Shown one piece after another: positions 41,081 through 51,133 of a stretch of 64,000 nt of DNA. The DNA is taken from positions 5,883-69,882 of the forward strand of contig CAZEMQ010000001.1 of assembly GCA_964513435.1 (NCBI GenBank). The letters run 5' to 3'. Under the pieces are notes generated by a model. That model saw nothing but the letters and a program-made list of their open reading frames with translations, searched no databases and was not told the origin of the DNA. How positions within the stretch are numbered: the stretch's first letter is position 1; every line of letters starts with the position of its first letter. Both the position numbers and the translations under genes were made by a program. The stretch comes from an uncultured Muribaculaceae bacterium (GTDB taxonomy: Bacteria > Bacillota_I > Bacilli_A > RF39 > UBA660).

Positions 41081-41841
41081 CAATTAATGAACTTTTGCAA
41101 GGAAAACCGACGATTATAAAGGATAAAGAATATTTTAGTACTGAACAATACGTTACTCCTTTTTTAGAAAGGATGTCTAAGTTTACTGATAATTTTATTA
41201 TACAAGCTAAGACTCCTAATCAAATAAGTCTTACAGAAAAAGAAAAAGATGTTATATTCAATAGAGTATGGATTCAAGCTGTATTACCGGATGAATATGC
41301 TTTTGAAAATCATAAAGAAAGTATAAGTTTGTTATATGCTCTTGATACTCGTAAGCCAGTAGTGAAAATTTTCAGAAATGCCTTAAACTCAGCGTGTCTC
41401 AACATGTGTGTCTGGAATCCTGACTTTATGAGTGTTCAAGAATTAGAACCAGAGCGTCCCATTAAGTATAAGTCGTTAGATAGATTGCTCGAATTAACAG
41501 ATAATACAAAAAGTATATTAACGAATTTATCAAATACAGAAGTGCCTTATAATACAGAGTACATTAATGAGATGTTAGGATCTTGGATAAGAAAATCCAT
41601 GAATTTACATTATGATAATGGATTTGGTAAGGTAAAACTTGCAACTAGTTCTTCTATAGATGCGTATAAATTGCTATATGAAGATGATAAATCTCAATAT
41701 TATGTAAAACCTGGTAATTCAACATCTATGTTTAACGTGTATAATGCACATACACAAGTTCTTACTAATGATACTCGTGATATTGTAAATAAATTTGAGA
41801 AATGTTATTTAATAGGTAGAATTTTAGGTATTTTAAATTAA
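41071..41841 (+). CDS. hypothetical protein
   Basis: ORF from the track. Confidence 0.3.
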   Translation: MELTINELLQGKPTIIKDKEYFSTEQYVTPFLERMSKFTDNFIIQAKTPNQISLTEKEKDVIFNRVWIQAVLPDEYAFENHKESISLLYALDTRKPVVKIFRNALNSACLNMCVWNPDFMSVQELEPERPIKYKSLDRLLELTDNTKSILTNLSNTEVPYNTEYINEMLGSWIRKSMNLHYDNGFGKVKLATSSSIDAYKLLYEDDKSQYYVKPGNSTSMFNVYNAHTQVLTNDTRDIVNKFEKCYLIGRILGILN

Positions 41842-41885
41842 TTTGATACATTCGTAAATTAATCTTATCTTTGTAAGATTAATTA

Positions 41886-43184
41886 ATGAAATATTGTATG
41901 ATAAAAGTAAGAAAAAGAAATGGAAATCTTGTACCTTTTGAAGTGCATAAAATAGAAAATGCCCTTCAAAAGGCTTTTCTATCTTGTAATTATAAGATAG
42001 ATAAATCTATAATAGAAGAAATTGCAAGCAATGTTAGTATCTGGAATGAGATCAGTGTAGAGGATATTCAAGATCAAGTAGAGGAGCTGTTGATGGATTA
42101 TGATTTCCCATCAGTTGCTAAGTCTTATATTCTTTATAGAGCTAAACATAGTGAAGCTAGATTTATTAAAGAGAGAATAGATTATATGAATAAATATAGT
42201 CTATCTAGTGATAATGCAGCTACTTCTTCAGAGACAGATGCCAACGCTAATGTTACTATGAAGAATGTTGCTAATCTAGAAGGAGAAGTATACAAGACTA
42301 CTAATAGAATTATTCAAAGACAAAGAATAAAGGATAAGTTATCTGAACTCTTTCCAGAGATAGCTAAGCAATATGAAAAAGATCTTGAAAACTATATAAT
42401 TTACGCACATGATGAGTCGCAGACTCCTACCCCGAAGGCATATTGTATGGCTGCGACTTTATATCCTTTAATGCTTGAAGGAACAGGCAGTATTGATGGG
42501 ATAACCCCTTCAGCACCTAATGACATTCAATCTTTTAGTGGACAAGTAACCAATTTAATGTTTCTACTGTCTTCACAAGTTCGTGGAGCAGTGGCAATGG
42601 GTGACTATATAATAGCTTTAAATTATTATGTAATTAAAGAGTTTGGAACTAGTTGGTATGAAAAACTAAATGCTATAGTAACCTCAGAGTATTCTATAAA
42701 TAAACGTACTATTAAAGATAGTATTAGGAAAGGAATGAAACAATTTATTTATGGAATAAATCAACCAGCTGGTAATAGAAGCTACAATAGTCCTTTCAGT
42801 AATTTAAACTTCTTTGATAAATATTATTATGAAGCTCTTTTTGATGAATTTTATTATCCTGACGGAACAAAACCTGAATGGAAAGCAATAGACTGTTTAC
42901 AAAGAATGTTTATGGAATTACTTAGAGAGTTAAGATTAATTAAACCCCTTACATTTCCTGTAACTTCTGTATGTATGTTACATGATAATCATGATTGTTT
43001 AGATCAAGAATGTAAGAAATGGGTTGCTGAAGAATGGGCTAAAGGTAGTAGTTTCTTTCTATATCTAAGCAATAATCCAAATTCAGTATCTAGTTGTTGT
43101 AGAGTACAAAATGAAATAACTGAGAATACATTTAGCTCTACTACAGGAATGACTGGGGTCAAGTCATGGCCCTTATGTGCTTAA
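41886..43184 (+). CDS. nrdD: anaerobic ribonucleotide reductase NrdD, N-terminal piece (ATP-cone + core)
   Basis: VRKRNGNLVPFEVHKIENAL is an ATP-cone; this piece ends ...TGMTGVKSWPLCA-TAA. Confidence 0.6.
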   Translation: MKYCMIKVRKRNGNLVPFEVHKIENALQKAFLSCNYKIDKSIIEEIASNVSIWNEISVEDIQDQVEELLMDYDFPSVAKSYILYRAKHSEARFIKERIDYMNKYSLSSDNAATSSETDANANVTMKNVANLEGEVYKTTNRIIQRQRIKDKLSELFPEIAKQYEKDLENYIIYAHDESQTPTPKAYCMAATLYPLMLEGTGSIDGITPSAPNDIQSFSGQVTNLMFLLSSQVRGAVAMGDYIIALNYYVIKEFGTSWYEKLNAIVTSEYSINKRTIKDSIRKGMKQFIYGINQPAGNRSYNSPFSNLNFFDKYYYEALFDEFYYPDGTKPEWKAIDCLQRMFMELLRELRLIKPLTFPVTSVCMLHDNHDCLDQECKKWVAEEWAKGSSFFLYLSNNPNSVSSCCRVQNEITENTFSSTTGMTGVKSWPLCA

Positions 43185-43787
43185 TTGTCAAATCGGACAA
43201 TGTTACAAAGAAATAATTTTATTTATATTACTTTGGTAGTTATAATATTTTATTACCTTTGTAGCATCGGTGAAGCCTAAGTTAGAAGTAATATGGTAAT
43301 ACCGAGCTAAATTAAAGAAGGTATGGATAAAACGGGTAGAAGGAGTTAAAATGAAAGACATATGGGAATCTTATAAAGAGTTATACTCGTTAAGTAGGTT
43401 TAGAAAAGTAGTATTAGGTTATATTTATACTAATATTCCTATGCCCAAGAGAACTAATAAATGTCAAAAAAGAAAGATACTGACAAAAGATGAAGTATCG
43501 TTTATAAGACAGAAATACAGTGATGGTTATAAAATAATGGAAATTATAAGAAAGTGGTTTCCTAATATTTCCGAATCTACTGTAAGTCAAATAGTTCATA
43601 ATAAAAGCTATACCAAAATTTAATATGCGTGGAGGTCATTCCCTAAGTGATGAGCAGGGAAGTAGGGCTACTATTGATACGTAGCAGAGTTTTAAGAAAT
43701 GAAGCTCTTGAAAACCGAAATAGCACACCTATATGTTATATAGGAAGATATGACCCATATTTTATAGAAATATAAAAAGTACTATGT
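43185..43787 (+). other. intervening sequence 1 in nrdD (intron or HEG-mediated gene split), with a degenerate HEG remnant
   Basis: ATGACTGG is duplicated at both junctions. The S-like element AGATATGACCC is present. Confidence 0.4.
43351..43623 (+). CDS. HEG-remnant DNA-binding protein (NUMOD/HTH-like)
   Basis: ILTKDEVSFIRQKYSDGYKIMEIIRKWFPNISESTVSQIV resembles homing-endonuclease C-terminal DNA-binding modules. Confidence 0.35.
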   Translation: MKDIWESYKELYSLSRFRKVVLGYIYTNIPMPKRTNKCQKRKILTKDEVSFIRQKYSDGYKIMEIIRKWFPNISESTVSQIVHNKSYTKI

Positions 43788-44333
43788 ATGACTGGTAGTT
43801 GTAATGTGATTACTCTTAATATTAATAGGATTATTCAAGACTTTTGCAGAACAAATATGCTGGTAAATCTTGATGGAGAACTTGTTTCTCCTATTAATAA
43901 TGTTTATAAGTGGGAAGATGAACTCAAAAGGTATTTGACTACTATACTGGAGAGAGTCTACAAATACCATATAGCCTTCAAGACTATACTCTATGAACTT
44001 GAAGATAGAGGAATGTATAGCAGTTCTAATGCTGGATATATATTTTTAAAGAAACTATATTGTACAATAGGAGTTATAGGGTATTGTGAAGCTGCAGAAT
44101 TTCTCGGGTATGAAATAAATAATAATCCCGAGTACAAGAGCTTTCTAAAGTTAATATTTGAGACTATACAAGAGCAGAATAAGAAAAATTCTATACACGA
44201 TAAGAAACGTCCTTTTGTATTCAATTTGGAAGCGATCCCTAAACTCTCTGGGGATGTAAAATCTCTTTTGATTGACTCGGAACTCCTTTTAAGAGGACAA
44301 CGAGGCGCAAGCAACTTAATGTGTGCAGCGTGA
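43788..44333 (+). CDS. nrdD: NrdD middle piece
   Basis: MTGSCNVITLNINRI resembles the NrdD (G)xxxxTLNLPRI motif. The frame opens at 43776. Confidence 0.55.
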   Translation: MTGSCNVITLNINRIIQDFCRTNMLVNLDGELVSPINNVYKWEDELKRYLTTILERVYKYHIAFKTILYELEDRGMYSSSNAGYIFLKKLYCTIGVIGYCEAAEFLGYEINNNPEYKSFLKLIFETIQEQNKKNSIHDKKRPFVFNLEAIPKLSGDVKSLLIDSELLLRGQRGASNLMCAA

Positions 44334-44529
44334 CAGACTAAGTAAAGAGAATCTTATTAAATATATGTGAATATGTTTATAATAAGGTATGCAATAGTCG
44401 AGACTTGATAGTAATATCAAGAGATTAATAGAAATATTAATCCGTCTAACATAAATATAATTTTTACTTTGAATTATGTGTTAGATCATCCTTCACCGAT
44501 TGAAGAATAAGAAATATAATAAATAAATT
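44334..44529 (+). other. intervening sequence 2 in nrdD (~200 nt, ORF-less)
   Basis: The C-terminal exon frame opens after TAA at ~44528, with no canonical start codon until TTG 44695. Confidence 0.35.
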
Positions 44530-45030
44530 TAATTCTTCAGAAGGAGCGTAATAGAATCGGGAGAAAATTTAGCAGTCAAACTGTATCAGAAAGACAAAGA
44601 AGATGGCTACTGGGTTCCAGAAGATCAAAACTTATATAGCAGTTACTTCTTTAAGCAATGGGATCCAGATATATCTGTTCTTGATAAGTTAAATTTGCAT
44701 GGCAGAGACATAAATATGTATTGTGGAGGAGGTCAGGCATGTCATTTACATTTAGATGAACATTTAAGTTATCAGCAATATATCAAATTGATAGATTATG
44801 CTGTAAATATTGGATGTAATTACTTTACGTTTAATATACCTATGTCTGAATGTAAGGATTGTGGGCATGTTATAAATGCTCCCATACAAGAATGTCCTAA
44901 ATGTCATAGTAAAAATATAGACTGGTGGGTACGAATAATCGGGTTTTTAAGGCCTATAAGTTCTTATAGTAAGGAAAGACGAATAGAAGCAAGCCACCGT
45001 GTATATAATCATGGAATAACAGAAGTATAA
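44530..45030 (+). CDS. nrdD: NrdD C-terminal piece (zinc ribbon + glycyl-radical motif)
   Basis: CKDCGH...CPKCHS followed by RIIGFLRPIS (glycyl radical). Confidence 0.55.
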
Positions 45031-45530
45031 TGCTTAAATACATTGAAACTCAAGTCACATTCAGTGAGGTTCCAGATGAAATTACTCTCTGTATAAATAT
45101 TACAGGATGTAAAATAGGATGCAAGGGATGCCACTCGCCTTATTTAGCAGAAGATATAGGAAAACCTTTAAATAAAAATGAAATAGAAGAGTTAATTAAA
45201 AGAAATGATGGAATTACCTGTATAGCTTTTATGGGTGGTGATTCCGATCCATTTTTAGTAGATTGTCTTGCTGAACATATTAAAACTTGGTATTATCCTA
45301 TAAAAACAGTTTGGTATAGTGGAAAACAAGAACTTAGTGATAAAATTCATTTACAATGGTGGGATTTCATTAAACTTGGACCTTATATTAAAGAACTAGG
45401 GCCTTTAACTAGTAAAACAACTAATCAAAGATTTTATAGTGTAGAACACAGAGAAGATAAGCATTGGTTAATAGATAGGACTGGGGAATTATTTTGGAAC
45501 GAATTTAAAACTCAACTATATGAAATATAA
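45030..45530 (+). CDS. nrdG: anaerobic RNR activating enzyme NrdG (radical SAM)
   Basis: CKIGCKGCHSPY is a CxxxCxxC cluster. Confidence 0.6.
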   Translation: MLKYIETQVTFSEVPDEITLCINITGCKIGCKGCHSPYLAEDIGKPLNKNEIEELIKRNDGITCIAFMGGDSDPFLVDCLAEHIKTWYYPIKTVWYSGKQELSDKIHLQWWDFIKLGPYIKELGPLTSKTTNQRFYSVEHREDKHWLIDRTGELFWNEFKTQLYEI

Positions 45531-46008
45531 AGTAGTAATGTATAAAGACGCAGTAAAATTAGAAAAAGGATTAAATGAGATGTATAATGATGGGTACACA
45601 CCTGAATTTGTAATGCGCTCATCGAACGGATATATAACTGTAGTATATAGTAAATCATGAAAGAAGGTACAGTTTTATCATTAAAAATAAAAGATGTGGA
45701 AGTAAAAGCTATATTGCCATATTCAGATGTTGATCTTAACGAATTATTCGACTTGTTTAAAGGTTTATTAGTAGCTCATACTTTTACAGAGGAACAAATT
45801 GATAAATTTTTAAATAATAGCGATAGTTAATTATGAAAATAATAGCAGAAATGTTATTATTATTTTCCTTTATTAAGTTTATTGTATTTCTAAGATGTTA
45901 TGATATTGTAAATAAAAATCCAGATTTATATAAGAAAGATACATTGGTTATTGCTACAATATTATCAGATATAGCATTAGGGATAATATGTAGCTTAAAT
46001 ATAATACT

Positions 46009-46281
46009 ATGACAGAAGTATTTATTGTATATAACGATGATAAACAAATCGAAAAGGTTAAGGAGATTCATAATGAATCCTTAACCTTTCATTTTATAAA
46101 CACAAATGACGGAAAAGGGAAAAAGGAAGGATTAAAATTAAAGAATTACTGGGCAGCTAAACTAGAACCTTTTGCTATAATCTTACAAAATGGAAAACCA
46201 ATTAAGGCATTCTATTCAGAGTATGAAAATATAATAGATAAACTATATAACTATTTAGTAAATAAAAAATATGAGACATAA
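46009..46281 (+). CDS. hypothetical protein
   Basis: ORF from the track. Confidence 0.3.
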   Translation: MTEVFIVYNDDKQIEKVKEIHNESLTFHFINTNDGKGKKEGLKLKNYWAAKLEPFAIILQNGKPIKAFYSEYENIIDKLYNYLVNKKYET

Positions 46282-46477
46282 TTTATCAGGAATTTATATA
46301 TTTGATCAATTAGAAGGAGATAATAAAAAGAAACCAACTTGTATAGAAGATTGTAATAAAGATACTAGACAAGAATGGTTAGAATCTTTAGATAGAGAAG
46401 GTTTAATTAGAGTTATTGATAGACTTTGTGAAGTTGTACATGGTCTCGGAGAACAATTTCAAATTTACGGAGAATGA
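46271..46477 (+). CDS. hypothetical protein
   Basis: ORF from the track. Confidence 0.3.
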   Translation: MRHNLSGIYIFDQLEGDNKKKPTCIEDCNKDTRQEWLESLDREGLIRVIDRLCEVVHGLGEQFQIYGE

Positions 46478-46523
46478 GATATTTAGTAATAGATAATATA
46501 TTTCAACCCAAAACTTATATTGT

Positions 46524-46781
46524 ATGATAAATTGTACACCTAAACCAGTAAAAAGAAAAGCAATACAATTCAAGTCTGAAAATATTCTAGAAATTACTAA
46601 TTTAATTGGTAATAAAAACTTAAATTATCATTTAAATCAGTGTTTAGTTAATACAAAAAGACATGATTGGCAGAATGTAAATGATGGTGACTATTTAATA
46701 TTTGATGAAGATAACAGACTTTTAAAAGTATTGAATTATAAAGATTTTATTGATAACTATAATATAGAAGAAAGTTTATGA
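46524..46781 (+). CDS. hypothetical protein
   Basis: ORF from the track. Confidence 0.3.
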   Translation: MINCTPKPVKRKAIQFKSENILEITNLIGNKNLNYHLNQCLVNTKRHDWQNVNDGDYLIFDEDNRLLKVLNYKDFIDNYNIEESL

Positions 46782-47296
46782 TTATACCTATTTATAACAA
46801 TTCTAATAACAAGAATCCGGAATACGTCTGCTCAACTGACGCTGGATGTGATTTAAGAGCAGATTTTAGTAGAATATCTCCAGACAAACCTTTAAAAATC
46901 TATGGTGAAGGTGAAATAATTTTTAAAGGAGAGGAGCATTCTACTACTTTACTTAGATTAGAACCAATGGCTAGAGCAATAATTCCAACAGGATTATTTG
47001 TAGCCATTCCAGAAGGATATGAAATCCAGATTAGACCTAGAAGTGGACTTGCTATAAAGAAAGGATTAAATTTAATTAACTGTATAGGCACTATTGATAG
47101 TGGGTTTAGGTCTGAGATTGGAATTCCTGTTGTAAATCAAGGGTTTGAAACAATTTGGATTGAAGATGGGGAAAGAATTGCTCAAGCTGTACTTAATAAA
47201 TTTGAAAAAATTGAATGGCAAAATAAAAGTTTAGGTGAAATTCAGTCTATTGGTATTGATAGAGGTGGTGGATTCGGAAGTTCTGGGACAAAATAA
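46778..47296 (+). CDS. dut: dUTP diphosphatase
   Basis: STDAGCDL (motif 1), PRSGLA (motif 2), GTIDSGFRSEIG (motif 3). Confidence 0.6.
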   Translation: MIIPIYNNSNNKNPEYVCSTDAGCDLRADFSRISPDKPLKIYGEGEIIFKGEEHSTTLLRLEPMARAIIPTGLFVAIPEGYEIQIRPRSGLAIKKGLNLINCIGTIDSGFRSEIGIPVVNQGFETIWIEDGERIAQAVLNKFEKIEWQNKSLGEIQSIGIDRGGGFGSSGTK

Positions 47297-47304
47297 TTGT
47301 TAAT

Positions 47305-47670
47305 ATGGGATTAGATTTATTTTTCTATAAGATGAAAACCAAAGAAGTTGGATATTTTAACAAAGTGAATTTCCTAATTCCCTTCTTTGAAAGTCAACTT
47401 GGGTATAAGATAAGGAATTTTTGTAAGGTGAAGATTTACAAGGAGGATGCTGAAGAACTTCTGAGAAGATGTAACACTATACTGGATGACCATAGTAAAG
47501 CTGAAGAACTACTTCCTACACAGGAGGGATTCTTCTTTGGAAGTACTGATTATGATGAGTACTATTTTGAGGATGTTGAAAGTGTTAGAGATTACGTGAA
47601 GGATACTTTGCTTCCAGAGTTTGATAAGTTAGGCTCTAATGAAAGTATTCAATTTGAAATTTGGTACTAA
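47305..47670 (+). CDS. hypothetical protein
   Basis: ORF from the track. Confidence 0.3.
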   Translation: MGLDLFFYKMKTKEVGYFNKVNFLIPFFESQLGYKIRNFCKVKIYKEDAEELLRRCNTILDDHSKAEELLPTQEGFFFGSTDYDEYYFEDVESVRDYVKDTLLPEFDKLGSNESIQFEIWY

Positions 47671-47673
47671 ACA

Positions 47674-47970
47674 ATGATAACAGAAGAACAATTCGTTGAA
47701 CTTATTTTAAATTATATAAAACAATATAAAAGAATAAACGAAGTTGAAAAGACACTTAGAATACCAATATGGGAATGTGATATAATGGAATATGGTGATA
47801 AATTATTTGACACAATTATACAATTTTCGTTTAAAGAGTATGCTAGAAATGAAATTTATTCTTGGTTATTTAAAATATTATATTCCCATTTTAGCATTTC
47901 TGATACAAACGAAACTTTAATTGAAAATATAAAAGGTTTTTGGGAAATAGTAAAAAACTACAGAAAATGA
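47674..47970 (+). CDS. hypothetical protein
   Basis: ORF from the track. Confidence 0.3.
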   Translation: MITEEQFVELILNYIKQYKRINEVEKTLRIPIWECDIMEYGDKLFDTIIQFSFKEYARNEIYSWLFKILYSHFSISDTNETLIENIKGFWEIVKNYRK

Positions 47971-48383
47971 AAAATTACGCTGTTATTTTTGACTGTCTAG
48001 CAAAAGATGGAGCTGATATAGACGCAATTTATGTAATGAACGAATCGGAATTAGATGAGTTGAAAAATGAACTCAAAGTAATTCAAAAGTTAAGGAAAAG
48101 TTATGCTGATTATTTTCCAGAGGGGGTGTTTGGAGATTTAGCTGATTGGAATGTTATTAGAGATGTACTTTATCAGGCTTCATACGTTGATGAAGCAAGT
48201 AAAAATTCATTCAATGATAAATTACATAAAGATTGGATTGATTCTTTATCAGATGATGATTTTCAAATGTTTGAAAGTTTTAATGATAGGCTTCCTTATG
48301 ATCTTTTTAGTGATACCGATTCTATATTATCTATAAGATTGTATGAATTAAAAGATACACCTCCAATCAATTTATATGATTAA
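47940..48383 (+). CDS. hypothetical acidic protein
   Basis: ORF from the track. Confidence 0.3.
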   Translation: MGNSKKLQKMKNYAVIFDCLAKDGADIDAIYVMNESELDELKNELKVIQKLRKSYADYFPEGVFGDLADWNVIRDVLYQASYVDEASKNSFNDKLHKDWIDSLSDDDFQMFESFNDRLPYDLFSDTDSILSIRLYELKDTPPINLYD

Positions 48384-48389
48384 AAATTA

Positions 48390-49598
48390 ATGATTACTTA
48401 TTTATTAGGAAAATCATCTACTGGAAAATTTAGATTTGCTGTAATTACTTGGGATGAAGAATGGAAAGAACCTGAACATGGATTTCTTATTATTAGAGAA
48501 TATGGCCAAGTGAAAGGTAAAACTACAAAAGCTCCAGAAATATGGATAAAAGTAGGAAAAGCAGGAAGAACTCACAGAGAGCAAACTATTTTACAATATA
48601 ATCATTTAGTTAAAGAATATACAGATAAGGCATACAAAATTGTAGAAAAACATCCAAATGAATACTCTTTAGAAGAACTTAATGAGATTTATGGTGATGT
48701 TAAAATGCGTGGAGATACTGTAAAACCCATGTTAGCCAAACAAGAATCGGCTGTAACAAATCGTAAAATCTTTGAAGATAGAGATTGGTACGGAAGTCGA
48801 AAAGTAAATGGAGTTAGAGCTTTAATATTTTATGATGGGGAAAGAATAAGAACTGCTTCTAGAGGTGCTACTAATTATGATTTAGCTATATATCATATTA
48901 TAACTCATCCGTTATTAATACAATTTTTTAAAAATCATCCCAACGTAATATTAGATGGCGAAATTTATAAATATGGAGAAAGTCTTAATAAAATTTCTGG
49001 AATATGTAGATCCCAGAAAACAATAGAAGATGGAAAAGATTTAGAATTTTATTGGTATGATATAGCCGATTTAGAACTCTCATTTTCCGAAAGATATATT
49101 CTTATGCAAAAATGGAGTAAAGAGCTACAACTGTCTGAATTTAATCCAGAAAGACATCTTTCAGATGATACTCTTCATATACAATTTCTGCCACACGTAC
49201 TTACAAGAGGATTTGATAATATGAAAAAATTACATGATGGATATGTTTCTGAAGGGTGGGAAGGTTTGGTAATCAGACAAGCTGAATCTAAGTATAAACC
49301 AGGTACACGTTCTAATGATTGGATTAAGATAAAAGAGTATTTTGAAGCAGAATATCCGATAGTAGGTCTTTCCGAAGGATTAAGAGAAGAAGATATGTGT
49401 TTTATATTAGAAACTCCGAATGGTCAAAGATTTAATTGTAAACCTATGGGTGACAGAGAACAAAAACAATGGTATCGAAAACATTTAGATAAACTTATAG
49501 GTAAACTTTTAACAATAAAATATTTTGAAATGTCAGGTGTTGAAGGTTCTGAGATTCCCCAACAGCCTGTTGGAATTTGCATACGTGATTATGAATAA
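48390..49598 (+). CDS. ATP-dependent DNA (or RNA) ligase
   Basis: Motif I SRKVNGVR, III ILDGEIY, IV EGLVIRQ, V DWIKIK. Confidence 0.5.
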   Translation: MITYLLGKSSTGKFRFAVITWDEEWKEPEHGFLIIREYGQVKGKTTKAPEIWIKVGKAGRTHREQTILQYNHLVKEYTDKAYKIVEKHPNEYSLEELNEIYGDVKMRGDTVKPMLAKQESAVTNRKIFEDRDWYGSRKVNGVRALIFYDGERIRTASRGATNYDLAIYHIITHPLLIQFFKNHPNVILDGEIYKYGESLNKISGICRSQKTIEDGKDLEFYWYDIADLELSFSERYILMQKWSKELQLSEFNPERHLSDDTLHIQFLPHVLTRGFDNMKKLHDGYVSEGWEGLVIRQAESKYKPGTRSNDWIKIKEYFEAEYPIVGLSEGLREEDMCFILETPNGQRFNCKPMGDREQKQWYRKHLDKLIGKLLTIKYFEMSGVEGSEIPQQPVGICIRDYE

Positions 49599-49615
49599 TA
49601 AATATATTATAAATT

Positions 49616-49921
49616 ATGGTAACTAAAACATTTTATAACGTTAAAATTGGACACATTAAGGATTTTTATATAGATGAAATAATAACAGCCAAAGAATTGG
49701 ATGTATTGTGTCCAGAATATGAGAAACCTATTACTGAAAATAATTCTTTTGATAGTATGCACAAATACATGGATATTGTAACCCTTAATGTGTTTGTTAC
49801 TGCAATTAAAAAGGCACTGTCATCTAACGTGATAGAAAACTATGTAGAAGGTGAGTGGGTTCTGATAGAATATCTAGATGATCTTAATTATGAATTTAAA
49901 AATAAGAATAGTGATTTTTAA
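49616..49921 (+). CDS. hypothetical protein
   Basis: ORF from the track. Confidence 0.3.
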   Translation: MVTKTFYNVKIGHIKDFYIDEIITAKELDVLCPEYEKPITENNSFDSMHKYMDIVTLNVFVTAIKKALSSNVIENYVEGEWVLIEYLDDLNYEFKNKNSDF

Positions 49922-50778
49922 TGAAAAGTTTTAAAATCACTCAATCTATAACTGATAGACAAGATGCCTCTTTGGGATTATATTTCAAAGAGGTATCCAA
50001 ATTATCAATGTTGGATCCTGAAGAGGAAATTGTAGTTGCCAGAAGAGCAAAAAATGGAGATGAAAAAGCTATACAAGAATTAGTGAAAGCAAATCTTAGA
50101 TTTGTTATATCCGTTGCTAAACAATATCAAGGGAAAGGTTTACCCTTAGTAGATTTAATACAAGAGGGAACTATTGGATGTGTTCAAGCAGCTAAAATGT
50201 TCGATCCCGATAGAGGATTCAGATTTATCTCTTATGCTGTGTGGTGGATAAGACAATCTATAATGAAAGCATTATCGGATTATCGAAATCTTGTTAGACT
50301 TCCAACAAATCAAATCTCACATTTAAATAAACTAAATAGAGTTAGTGAAAAATTTGAACAATTAAATGGAAGAATTCCATCGACAACGGAATTAGAAAAA
50401 GAAACAAACATAGACTCAAGTAAAATAAATAAAATATTATCATTTAATAAAAAAACAGTTTCGTTAGAAAAATCCCTCAGTTGTGATGAAAATGTAACAC
50501 TGTTAGATATAATTCCTAACGATGATGTAATTGATCCAGACGATTCGTTAAATCAAACTGATCTTGAAAATATATTTGAGTTTATACTAACTAAACTTTC
50601 ATACAGAGAAAGAGATATTTTGAGAATGTCTTTTGGTATAGGGATAGAACCGTTATCAAATAAAGAAATAGCTGAACGCTTTGATCTTGGAACAGAAAGA
50701 GTTCGACAAATATTACAAGATTCTTTGAGTTATATTAGAAAACACTATTCAAAGGAATTAAAAATATATTGTGAATAA
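49921..50778 (+). CDS. sigma-70 family RNA polymerase sigma factor
   Basis: Region 2 DLIQEGTIGCVQAAKMFDPDRGFRFISYAVWWIRQSI; region 4 HTH at the C-terminus. Confidence 0.55.
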   Translation: MKSFKITQSITDRQDASLGLYFKEVSKLSMLDPEEEIVVARRAKNGDEKAIQELVKANLRFVISVAKQYQGKGLPLVDLIQEGTIGCVQAAKMFDPDRGFRFISYAVWWIRQSIMKALSDYRNLVRLPTNQISHLNKLNRVSEKFEQLNGRIPSTTELEKETNIDSSKINKILSFNKKTVSLEKSLSCDENVTLLDIIPNDDVIDPDDSLNQTDLENIFEFILTKLSYRERDILRMSFGIGIEPLSNKEIAERFDLGTERVRQILQDSLSYIRKHYSKELKIYCE

Positions 50779-51133
50779 AATGAACTTAAATGAATTTAGA
50801 ACATTAAGAAAACCTTTTTATATCCATCCAGAAACTTTATTAATTAAGTTTCCCAGACAAAAACATCTGGATAGTTCTTGCGCGGAATGGTTCAGTGACG
50901 AAAATATTCCTTTTTTACATACAATTAGAGGATATTATAATGAAGAGGATAATTATGTAATGTTATATACTAATGATTTTGAAACACCAGATATTAGTAT
51001 AAAATTCTTAACATACATTTTTGAATATTTTCCTAATATAGATTGGATTGGTATAGGGTGTATTAAAGGAAAGGAAGGTGAAATATGGAGTCCAAAAATG
51101 AAAATACAAAGAACAAATGTTAATAAGAAATAA
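50771..51133 (+). CDS. hypothetical protein
   Basis: ORF from the track. Confidence 0.3.
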   Translation: MNKMNLNEFRTLRKPFYIHPETLLIKFPRQKHLDSSCAEWFSDENIPFLHTIRGYYNEEDNYVMLYTNDFETPDISIKFLTYIFEYFPNIDWIGIGCIKGKEGEIWSPKMKIQRTNVNKK

